A DNA stretch of 64,000 nucleotides. Source: Candidatus Omnitrophota bacterium. GTDB taxonomy: Bacteria; Omnitrophota; Gorgyraeia; B26-G9. Made by a program: the position numbers and the translations under genes. Shown piece by piece: positions 28,144-36,877 of the stretch. The stretch lies in NCBI GenBank assembly GCA_018817585.1, contig JAHITE010000081.1:68549-132548 (forward strand), given 5' to 3'. Numbering within the stretch: position 1 is the first letter of the stretch; every line of letters begins with the position of its first letter. A model generated the notes under the pieces. That model saw only the letters and a list, made by a program, of their open reading frames with translations, had not been told where the DNA came from and did no database searches.

Positions 28144-28705
28144 TTTTATTTTTCAAAAAATATGAAATCCCCGATACAAGCGTAAGGCCAATAGTAATAT
28201 ACATCACAAAGTTTATAATGTTTATTGAACTGATTTGCCAAGCCTGACTCCAGAAGTCATATTTATTAGTCCCGGCTTCTTTTATCACAATAAAGCTTAA
28301 AATAATAAAAATCGCGATCATCTGTCCAACGGTTTTATATTTACCCCAGATTGATGCGGCAATAACTTTACCTTTACGCGCTAAAACCAGCCGAATTCCG
28401 GTAATTAACAATTCCCGGAATATTATTATCACTAGCATCCAGACAGGAATAATCCGCATATACACAAACGCGGAAAAAGCGGCTAATACCAGAATTTTAT
28501 CGGCAATCGGGTCAAGCAATTTGCCTAAATCCGTAATTAAATTATATTTACGCGCGATATAACCATCAAAAAAATCAGTTAACGAAGCAATCAAAAAAAC
28601 AGCAAAAGCCAATGTTTTAGCTAAAAACCCCTGCGAAAAAATAAAAATAATAAATATAAAACTCAGGATAATGCGCGTAACAGTTAGTTTATTGGGCAGA
28701 TTCAT
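28127..28705 (-). CDS. pgsA: CDP-diacylglycerol--glycerol-3-phosphate 3-phosphatidyltransferase
   Basis: 192 aa. CDP-alcohol phosphatidyltransferase motif DFFDGYIARKYNLITDLGKLLDPIADK. Confidence 0.8.
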   Translation of the reverse strand: MNLPNKLTVTRIILSFIFIIFIFSQGFLAKTLAFAVFLIASLTDFFDGYIARKYNLITDLGKLLDPIADKILVLAAFSAFVYMRIIPVWMLVIIIFRELLITGIRLVLARKGKVIAASIWGKYKTVGQMIAIFIILSFIVIKEAGTNKYDFWSQAWQISSINIINFVMYITIGLTLVSGISYFLKNKNEFKN

Positions 28706-30018
28706 TGTTTATCTCCCATTAAATCATAGACCATACTGTCTGTTATTTTCACTCTAATCATCTCTCCGACTTTTAGCTTATCTCCATTGACATAAATCAG
28801 ACCATCTACATCCGGAGCATCAAATTGACTGCGGCCAGCAGCCAGATTTTTTTCTGGAACCTCTTCAATCAAAACATCGATTACTCTGCCAATAAGTTTA
28901 TTATGTTTTTTTGTAATAATTTTCTGCTGTAAAGTCATAATTTTTTTAAGTCTGCTTTGCTTTATTTTTTCCGGAATCTGGCCTTTTAACTCCGCGGCCA
29001 AAGTATTTTCTTCCTGAGAATAAGCAAAAACACCCAATCTTTCAAATTCCGCGGTTTTAATAAAATCAGACAATTCCTTAAAGTCAGCTTCGCTTTCCTG
29101 AGGAAAGCCGACAATCAATGAAGTCCGCAGAGCAGCATCCGGCAATTCCGCCCGAATTTGTTTTATTAAATCTTTTATCCGCTGTTTGCTGACTTTCCGC
29201 CCCATTAATTTTAGGATTTTATTGTTTATATGCTGTATCGGCAAATCAATATACTTGCAGATTTTTGGTTCGGTTTTTATCGTATCCAGCAATGCTTTAT
29301 TAAAATGTAATGGATGAGAATACAAAATTCTTATCCAAAAATCACCTTTTATTTTAACCAGCTGCTTTAACAATAAATCTAAGCTGAATTTTTGATAAAT
29401 ATCCTGACCGTAAAAAGTCGAATCCTGGCTGATTAAATTAATTTCTTTTACCCCTTTTTTAACCAATGCTTTAACTTCCGCGGTTATTGACTCGATTGTT
29501 CGGGAACGATAAGCCCCGCGAATCTGAGGAATAACGCAGTAGCTGCAGCGATTATCGCAGCCATCAGCGATTTTAACATACGTGTAATGCGACGGCGTAA
29601 GCGATTGGCGGGGAGTCGTATGTTTATACAAATAATGATTTTTCGGGGTAATTAGTTTATATTCATTATTATCGGCTTTTTTAATCACGCTAATAATTTT
29701 ATCAATACTTCCCGGACCAACAAAACCATCAACTTCTTTTAACAATTCCGGCAAATCCTGACTATATCTTTGCGGCAAACAACCGGCGACAATAATCTTC
29801 TTAAGCTTGTTTTTCTTTTTTAATTCAACCAGATTAAAGATCTCGTCAATCGCTTCCTGCTTTGCCTCTTTTATAAAAGCGCAAGTATTGATAATCGCGA
29901 CATCAGCGCCATTAGCATCTTCTTTGATCTCAAATCCGGCTTTTTTTAAAAACCCCAGCATGATCTCAGAGTCAACCAGATTTTTAGAACATCCCAAACT
30001 AATCAATGATACTTTCAT
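28702..30018 (-). CDS. rimO: ribosomal protein S12 methylthiotransferase RimO
   Basis: 438 aa. N-terminus KVSLISLGCSKNLVDSE (RimO-type MTTase), radical SAM CDNRCSYC and a C-terminal TRAM domain. Confidence 0.8.
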   Translation of the reverse strand: MKVSLISLGCSKNLVDSEIMLGFLKKAGFEIKEDANGADVAIINTCAFIKEAKQEAIDEIFNLVELKKKNKLKKIIVAGCLPQRYSQDLPELLKEVDGFVGPGSIDKIISVIKKADNNEYKLITPKNHYLYKHTTPRQSLTPSHYTYVKIADGCDNRCSYCVIPQIRGAYRSRTIESITAEVKALVKKGVKEINLISQDSTFYGQDIYQKFSLDLLLKQLVKIKGDFWIRILYSHPLHFNKALLDTIKTEPKICKYIDLPIQHINNKILKLMGRKVSKQRIKDLIKQIRAELPDAALRTSLIVGFPQESEADFKELSDFIKTAEFERLGVFAYSQEENTLAAELKGQIPEKIKQSRLKKIMTLQQKIITKKHNKLIGRVIDVLIEEVPEKNLAAGRSQFDAPDVDGLIYVNGDKLKVGEMIRVKITDSMVYDLMGDKQ

Positions 30019-30088
30019 TTTAAACCTTTTAGCAATAAAACTAGCCTCTCGGTCATTTAAAAACAGCTTGAGCTCAATCCTAAATCAT

Positions 30089-32392
30089 TTACTCTTCTGA
30101 TTCCCGCGTGTTCAAAGCAACCTCATCCCAGCTATCAACTAAAATCTCCCGGGCCTTGGAGCCGCGAAAAGCGCCAACAATCCCTTCTTCTTCCATCATA
30201 TCAATCAAACGCGCGGCTCTGGAATAACCTAGGCGCAGCCTACGCTGGAGCATAGAAACCGAAGCTTGCTGCGAATTAATCACTAATTTTGCCGCTTCTT
30301 CAAACAAAGCATCTTTTTTATGTTTAGTCCCGCTGGCAAACATTTTAACCGGATCTTTAAGAATTTCATCAGAATAAACAGCCAACCGCTGTTGTTTACA
30401 GAAGTTCACGGTTTTTTCAATTTCATCGTCATTAACTAATGCGGACTGAGCGCGGACTAATTTAAAATTTCCCGGTTTCAGGAACAGCATATCGCCTTTA
30501 CCTAAAAGTTTATCCGCGCCGTTCATATCCAAAACAGTTCGGGAATCTATTTTACTAGCTACGCGGAATGAAATTCGCGCTGGGAAGTTAGCTTTAATTA
30601 AACCGGTAATAACATCCACAGAAGGACGCTGCGTTGCCAATACTAAATGAATGCCGATTGCCCGGGAAAGCTGCGCTAAACGGGTAATCGAGCCTTCGAC
30701 TTCTTTGGGACTAAGCAGCATCATATCCGCTAATTCATCAATAACTATAACAATATAGGGCATTAGTTCAAGAGGAATTTTCTTATCACCATCCTCAATC
30801 TCTTTAAGCCCTTCTTTTATTTTTTGATTATAACCGGCAATATTTCTCACTCCCACTTTGGCCAGCAATTTATAGCGGTCTTCCATTTCTGAAACCGCCC
30901 ATTCTAATGCCCCGGCTGCTTTTTTCACATCATTAATGACCGGACAAATCAAATGCGGCAAACCGTTGTACATTGTCATTTCCACCATTTTAGGGTCAAC
31001 TAAAATTAATTTCACTTCTTCAGGACTGGCTTGAAATAACAAGCTCATGATCAAAATATTCACGCATACTGTTTTTCCCGCGCCAGTGGTTCCGGCAATT
31101 AGTAAATGCGGCATGGCCGCTAAATCCGCGACCAAAGTATTTCCGGAAATATCTTTTCCCAAAGCTAAAGTAACTTTAGAAACTGAGTCCTGAAAATCCG
31201 GAGTTTCCAGCAGTTCTTTAAGAAAAACCAATGTTGCTTTGATATTCGGCACATCCACGCCGACTGTTCCCTTGCCGGGAATCGGAGCGACAATATGCAC
31301 GCTGGGCGCTTTTAAATTTAAAGCAATATCATCGCCCAAATTCATAATTTGATTAATTTTTACCCCCGGAGCAGGCTGCAATTCATATCTGGTTAATACC
31401 GGGCCTTGCTCAACAGCCGTGACTTTTACTTCAATATTAAAATCACGTAAAGTTTCTTCAAGTATCCGGGAATTACCATCAAGATCATCTTTAATCAATC
31501 GCTGTTCTACCGGCGGCGGATCGGTTAATAAATCAAGCGGCGGAAGTTTATAATCACCGACAAATTTCTGGGCAAACACCCGCGCGGGAGTTTCTTTTTT
31601 AGCTTTAGCTTTTATTTTTGGCTGTGGCTTTTTCATCACTAATTTTAAGAATTTGCTGACCATGGCTTCTTCTTTTTCCGGAACATTTTTCTTTTTCTGG
31701 CGTTTGTTAGACTTAACCGGCTGATCCAAGCCATCGGTATCATAATCTTCTTCAGCTTCCTCTTCCTGATAATCATCCGTAACAACTTTTCTTATCCGCG
31801 CCGATCTTGACTGCCTGGCTGCCTTGGTTTTATCATTTTTGATAAAACCAGGCAATTTCAATAACTGAAGTAAACCTTTTGAAGACTGTAAAACAATCGG
31901 CACAATCAAAAACTCTGTGGCTAATAATAAGGAAAGAATAAAAATAGTACCGAGAATGATCATGCTCCCGATTTCACCAAAATATTTTGTCAGCATTAAG
32001 GAAGTATAAAAACCTAAAATTCCTCCGGTAGCCATCCGACTGACATTATAAGAAGAAGTAAGCGTACTCATCATTGCGGAAAAGGACCAGATCACAAAAA
32101 AAAAGCCAAAGAATTTGGCATAAAAATTCGCGGTAATCCTGCCCATTATTTTACCGATTGCCCATAAGCAGAAAAGCGCGGGAATAAAATAAGCGCCCCA
32201 GCCGATAGCCAGCAATAAGCCCCAAACAAGATATGCTCCAACATAACCAGTAAAATTCTTGAGATGAATATTAGGACTTGAAGTATTAAAGAGAATATCT
32301 GCTGGATCATAAGAAAAGAAGCTGATTAATAAAAAAGTACACATTCCAAAAAGGATAACCGCCCACATTACCCTAACTTGTTTTTCACTCAT
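30089..32392 (-). CDS. ftsK: DNA translocase FtsK
   Basis: 767 aa. N-terminal TM helices, Pro/acidic linker, motor domain with Walker A GTTGAGKTV and a C-terminal gamma (winged-helix) domain. Confidence 0.9.
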   Translation of the reverse strand: MSEKQVRVMWAVILFGMCTFLLISFFSYDPADILFNTSSPNIHLKNFTGYVGAYLVWGLLLAIGWGAYFIPALFCLWAIGKIMGRITANFYAKFFGFFFVIWSFSAMMSTLTSSYNVSRMATGGILGFYTSLMLTKYFGEIGSMIILGTIFILSLLLATEFLIVPIVLQSSKGLLQLLKLPGFIKNDKTKAARQSRSARIRKVVTDDYQEEEAEEDYDTDGLDQPVKSNKRQKKKNVPEKEEAMVSKFLKLVMKKPQPKIKAKAKKETPARVFAQKFVGDYKLPPLDLLTDPPPVEQRLIKDDLDGNSRILEETLRDFNIEVKVTAVEQGPVLTRYELQPAPGVKINQIMNLGDDIALNLKAPSVHIVAPIPGKGTVGVDVPNIKATLVFLKELLETPDFQDSVSKVTLALGKDISGNTLVADLAAMPHLLIAGTTGAGKTVCVNILIMSLLFQASPEEVKLILVDPKMVEMTMYNGLPHLICPVINDVKKAAGALEWAVSEMEDRYKLLAKVGVRNIAGYNQKIKEGLKEIEDGDKKIPLELMPYIVIVIDELADMMLLSPKEVEGSITRLAQLSRAIGIHLVLATQRPSVDVITGLIKANFPARISFRVASKIDSRTVLDMNGADKLLGKGDMLFLKPGNFKLVRAQSALVNDDEIEKTVNFCKQQRLAVYSDEILKDPVKMFASGTKHKKDALFEEAAKLVINSQQASVSMLQRRLRLGYSRAARLIDMMEEEGIVGAFRGSKAREILVDSWDEVALNTRESEE

Positions 32393-32395
32393 TGA

Positions 32396-32845
32396 TTATA
32401 CTCCGGTATGGCCGAATCCCCCTGTATTGCGGACAGTTCGATCAAGTTCATTCACTACTTCAAATTCCGCCTGTGTAACCTTATTTATTACCATTTGCGC
32501 GATCCGGCTGGCTCTTTTAATTTTATAAGATTCCGCGCCGAAATTTATCATAATAATATTTATTAAGCCGCGATAATCAGCATCTATCGTTCCAGGACTA
32601 TTTACAATTCCAATCCCATGTTTTACAGCCAGACCGCTGCGCGGTCTGATTTGAGCCTCATAACCTTCAGGCAGACTAATATAAATCCCCGCGGATATCA
32701 GCTTAATCTGCCCTGGGTCAAGAGTAATCTCACCATCAACATCAGCATAAAGATCCATGCCGGCTGAGCCGCTGCTCATATAAGCAGGCAGCGGCAAGTC
32801 AGCACAGTTTTCTTTTTGTTTTATTTTAACTAAAATGGTATCCAT
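32396..32845 (-). CDS. dut: dUTP diphosphatase
   Basis: 149 aa. dUTPase motifs (AGMDL, RPRSGLA, GTIDADYRG, RNTGGFGHTG). Confidence 0.9.
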   Translation of the reverse strand: MDTILVKIKQKENCADLPLPAYMSSGSAGMDLYADVDGEITLDPGQIKLISAGIYISLPEGYEAQIRPRSGLAVKHGIGIVNSPGTIDADYRGLINIIMINFGAESYKIKRASRIAQMVINKVTQAEFEVVNELDRTVRNTGGFGHTGV

Positions 32846-32860
32846 ACAGTTAACTTATCC

Positions 32861-34966
32861 TTACTCAGATTTCACTGAGTTTTCTTTTTTCGGCATCGCC
32901 TGTTTAACACTCAGGTTAATCCGTTTCATTTTATCAATTTCAATGACTTTAACTTTTACAATGTCTCCGACTTTTACCACATCTTCAACATTTTTCACAA
33001 AGCTGTCAGCCAATTCAGATACATGAATCAATCCTTCTTTATTCGGAAGGATCTCGCAAAAAGCCCCGAAATTCATCAAGCGGGTTATTTTGCCTTCATA
33101 TACTTGACCTACTTCAGCTTCCGCGATAAGTCCTCTAACAATATCAATCGCTCTTTGTGATGCTTTAGAATCAGCTGAAGCAATAGAGACTCTTCCGTCA
33201 TCGTCAATATCAATTTTTACTCCAGTATCAGCAACGATCTGTTTTATGATTTTTCCACCAGGGCCGATAATATCTTTTATCTTATCCTGCGGAACAGTTA
33301 TTACCGTAATCCGCGGCGCGTATTTAGATATATCCGCTCGCGGCTGAGCTAAAGTCTCTTCAATTTTATCCAGAATAAACAGTCTTGCCTGTTTTGCCTG
33401 AGCCAATGCTTTCTTCAGGATTTCAATATTAATTCCTTCGATTTTCGAATCAAGCTGAATCGCGGTAACTCCGTCACGAGTTCCAGTAACTTTAAAATCC
33501 ATATCCCCCAAATGATCTTCCAATCCAAGGATGTCAGTCAGAACCGCTACCGCATCGCCTTCTTTAATCAACCCCATGGCAATTCCGGAAACAGGTTTAA
33601 GAATCGGCACCCCGGCATCCATTAAAGCCAAAGTCCCGGCACAAACAGTTGCCATACTTGAAGAACCATTTGATTCGAGAATTTCTGAAACCAAGCGAAC
33701 CGTATAAGGAAATTTTTCCTTAGAAGGCATTACCGGCGCCAAGGCTCTCTCGGCCAAAGCTCCGTGACCAATCTCTCTGCGCCCTGGTCCGCGAATCGGA
33801 CGAACTTCCCCAACACTGAATGATGGGAAATTATAATGCAGCATAAAAGTCTTGGTTGATTCCCCAACTAAAGCATCAATTCGCTGTTCATCAGCGCTGG
33901 TACCCAAAGTTACTACGCCTAAACTCTGAGTCTGTCCTCGGGTAAAAATCGCTGAACCGTGAGTTTGGGGTAAAGCAGATACTTCAGAAGTTATTGGTCG
34001 GATATCAGTATATCCGCGGCCATCAACTCTTTTTTTGTTTTCCAGAATCATTTTGCGCACTTGCTCTTTTTCCACTTTCCCCAGCATAGCGGCAACATCC
34101 ATTCCGCTATAATCGGAATCATCGGAAACCAAGGCATCATCGAGATCACTAGCAATAATCGATAATTGCTCGATTCTTTCTTCTTTAGAACCAATTTGAT
34201 AAACTTCATTTAATCTGGCTAAAGATAACTCTTTTACTTTCTCATATAATCCAGTTGGTGTCTGCTTAAATTCAATCTGAGCTTTCGGCTTGCCGCATTT
34301 TTTCGCGAACTGCTCCTGAACAGCAATAAGCCCCAGCAGCTTTTCATAACCAAACTCCATAGCCTCAAGCATAACTTCTTCACTTACCTGATAAGCACCG
34401 CTTTCAATCATATTGATCCCGTTTTTACTGCCGGCAATCACAACTTCTAAATCACTTTCTTTGACTTGATCAAAAGTAGGATTAACAATAAACTGATTAT
34501 TTATCCTGCCGATTTTCACAGCACCGATTGGACCGGAAAAGGGGATATCTGATATAGTTAATGCTGTTGAAGCGCCAATCACTGACAGAATATCCGGGTC
34601 ATTGACCCCATCGCAGGAAAGTACCATAGCAAAAATCTGGATTTCATTATAAAAGCCTTTGGGAAATAAAGGACGCAATGGACGATCAATAAGTCTGGAC
34701 GTCAATATTTCCTTTTCCGAAGACCGGCCTTCCCGTTTAAAGAATCCTCCGGGGATTTTTCCAGCAGCATAAGTCTTTTCTTTATATTCAACCGTTAACG
34801 GTAAGAAATCTATATTTTCCTTTGCTTCTTTCGACATTACAGCAGTAACCAAAACAACAGTACCACCACAAGTAACTGTTACAGAAGCATTGGCCTGTTT
34901 TGCTAATTTACCTGATTCAAATACAATTGGATCATCACTTAATTTTATTTCAATTTTCTCTATCAT
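32861..34966 (-). CDS. pnp: polyribonucleotide nucleotidyltransferase (PNPase)
   Basis: 701 aa. Two RNase PH domains, KH and a C-terminal S1. Canonical rpsO-pnp synteny. Confidence 0.95.
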   Translation of the reverse strand: MIEKIEIKLSDDPIVFESGKLAKQANASVTVTCGGTVVLVTAVMSKEAKENIDFLPLTVEYKEKTYAAGKIPGGFFKREGRSSEKEILTSRLIDRPLRPLFPKGFYNEIQIFAMVLSCDGVNDPDILSVIGASTALTISDIPFSGPIGAVKIGRINNQFIVNPTFDQVKESDLEVVIAGSKNGINMIESGAYQVSEEVMLEAMEFGYEKLLGLIAVQEQFAKKCGKPKAQIEFKQTPTGLYEKVKELSLARLNEVYQIGSKEERIEQLSIIASDLDDALVSDDSDYSGMDVAAMLGKVEKEQVRKMILENKKRVDGRGYTDIRPITSEVSALPQTHGSAIFTRGQTQSLGVVTLGTSADEQRIDALVGESTKTFMLHYNFPSFSVGEVRPIRGPGRREIGHGALAERALAPVMPSKEKFPYTVRLVSEILESNGSSSMATVCAGTLALMDAGVPILKPVSGIAMGLIKEGDAVAVLTDILGLEDHLGDMDFKVTGTRDGVTAIQLDSKIEGINIEILKKALAQAKQARLFILDKIEETLAQPRADISKYAPRITVITVPQDKIKDIIGPGGKIIKQIVADTGVKIDIDDDGRVSIASADSKASQRAIDIVRGLIAEAEVGQVYEGKITRLMNFGAFCEILPNKEGLIHVSELADSFVKNVEDVVKVGDIVKVKVIEIDKMKRINLSVKQAMPKKENSVKSE

Positions 34967-35028
34967 TCTCTTCTCTTTTCTTTTCTCTTTTTTATTATTT
35001 ATAATTTTCTCAACCCTATCGTTAATCC

Positions 35029-35307
35029 TTACTTTCTCAAACTGAGTTTATCAAGAATAGCTTTATATTTCTTGAAATCCTCTTTCTTTAGATAATCCAA
35101 CAACCGTCTTCTTTTAGAAACCAGCTGCAATAATCCGACTCTGGAACTATAATCTTTTTTGTGCATCTTTAAATGCCCGGTCAATTCATTGATTCTTGAA
35201 GTCAGTAAAGCAATCTGCACATTAGCCGACCCAGTGTCTTTATCATGCTCTTTAAAATCATTGATTATCTTTTCTTTACTATTTGTCACCTTTGACATAT
35301 TTTTCAC
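35029..35307 (-). CDS. rpsO: 30S ribosomal protein S15
   Basis: 92 aa. [35 protein letters not shown]... Confidence 0.9.
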   Translation of the reverse strand: MKNMSKVTNSKEKIINDFKEHDKDTGSANVQIALLTSRINELTGHLKMHKKDYSSRVGLLQLVSKRRRLLDYLKKEDFKKYKAILDKLSLRK

Positions 35308-35483
35308 CTCCTTTCAATTTTCCATATTCTATCATAAAGTTTTTTAAATGTAAACCCCGTAACATACTTTAAATAAACTAAGTTATAGCAAATGATTAAA
35401 GCTTACTTCCCAGTTTTATTTTTAATTTACCGCATGAATAATTAAAATAAAATACAAATTGCAACATACTGCAAAATAATAAG

Positions 35484-35954
35484 TTAGGATATTTGGCGTT
35501 TTAAAGCAATCCGCTTAGGCCAAGGCAGATAATCAATAATCATTCGACCATTAAGATGATCAATCTCATGCTGCAGTACCCTGGCCAATAAATCCGTGGC
35601 TTCAAATTTGACATTTTCTCCGGAGACATTCATTGCTTTTAAAACTACCTGCGCACAACGAGAGACCTTAACCGTAATGTTCGGAAGACTTAAACAGCCT
35701 TCTTCCATCGCTATTTTTTTGCCTCTTTTCTTTATAATTATTGGATTAACCAGAACAATCGGACCTTGGCCAATATCGATGGTTATTACTCGTTTTAATA
35801 TCCCCACCTGAACAGCCGCCAGACCAATGCCTTTTTTTTCATACATTAAATCCAGCATTTGTTTAAAAAACTGCTTATCTTTAGCTGTTATTTTTTCCAG
35901 ATTATCCGAAGTTTTACGCAAAATCGGATTTTTATTGATTAAAATTTTTAACAT
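35484..35954 (-). CDS. def: peptide deformylase
   Basis: 156 aa. GIGLAAVQVG, EGCLS, HEIDHLNG motifs. Confidence 0.9.
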   Translation of the reverse strand: MLKILINKNPILRKTSDNLEKITAKDKQFFKQMLDLMYEKKGIGLAAVQVGILKRVITIDIGQGPIVLVNPIIIKKRGKKIAMEEGCLSLPNITVKVSRCAQVVLKAMNVSGENVKFEATDLLARVLQHEIDHLNGRMIIDYLPWPKRIALKRQIS

Positions 35955-35956
35955 GA

Positions 35957-36877
35957 TCAGCTTTCTAGATATTTATTTACTGAATAAGCGGCAATCGCTC
36001 CTTGGCCGCAAGCAGTAATAACTTGGCGCAAAGTAATATCAGTGCAGTCTCCGCAAACAAAAACTCCGGGTTGACTTGCCGCTAAATTCTTATCGCTGAT
36101 GATATTGCCTGCTTTGTCTGTTTCAAGCAAATTGTTTAAAAACTCTGTCCGCGGATTCATACCCGCAAAAACAAAAACTCCCTGAATTTTCAGATCTTGC
36201 TGCCTGCCAGTATTAACATCTTTGATAATTATTTGTTCCACAATACTTGCTCCGCTGATTTTTACGCAAACAGCATTCAGGATAAATTGGATTTTTTTAT
36301 TTTCCCGGGCTCGGTCTTCTAAAATCTTATCCGCTCGCAATCCCTCACGGCGATGCACAATTGTAACTTTACTCACGAACTTAGTTAGATAAATCGCTTC
36401 TTCTAAAGCTGTATTGCCTCCGCCAATAACTACCACTTCTTTATCGCGAAAAAAAGGCGCGTCGCAAACACCGCAATAAGAAACCCCTTTGCCAACAAAT
36501 TCCGCTTCGCCTTCAATGCCTAGTTTCCGAGGTGATGAACCTGTGGCAATGATCAAAGTTTTTGTTATTAATTTTTCCCCGCCGTTTATTACAGTCCAAA
36601 AATCGTTTTGCTTTTCAATTTTTTCCACATCAAATTGTTTAAATTGATAAGCATATTTTTCCAATTGCTTTACCATCCGTTCCGCCAATTCAAATCCGGA
36701 AATCATTTCAAAACCCGGATAATTTTCTAATTCCAAAATTTGGCCAAGATATCCCCCAGGCATTGCTTTATCAATCAATAAAACATTTAACCGCGAACGC
36801 AGAGCATACAAACAAGCCGTCAATCCTGCCGGACCTGCTCCGATAATTATAAGATCATAAATCATGATTTCCCCCAC
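35957..36877 (-). CDS. trxB: thioredoxin-disulfide reductase
   Basis: 306 aa. GAGPAG FAD motif, redox-active CGVCD, GGGNTALEEA NADPH motif. Confidence 0.85.
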   Translation of the reverse strand: MGEIMIYDLIIIGAGPAGLTACLYALRSRLNVLLIDKAMPGGYLGQILELENYPGFEMISGFELAERMVKQLEKYAYQFKQFDVEKIEKQNDFWTVINGGEKLITKTLIIATGSSPRKLGIEGEAEFVGKGVSYCGVCDAPFFRDKEVVVIGGGNTALEEAIYLTKFVSKVTIVHRREGLRADKILEDRARENKKIQFILNAVCVKISGASIVEQIIIKDVNTGRQQDLKIQGVFVFAGMNPRTEFLNNLLETDKAGNIISDKNLAASQPGVFVCGDCTDITLRQVITACGQGAIAAYSVNKYLES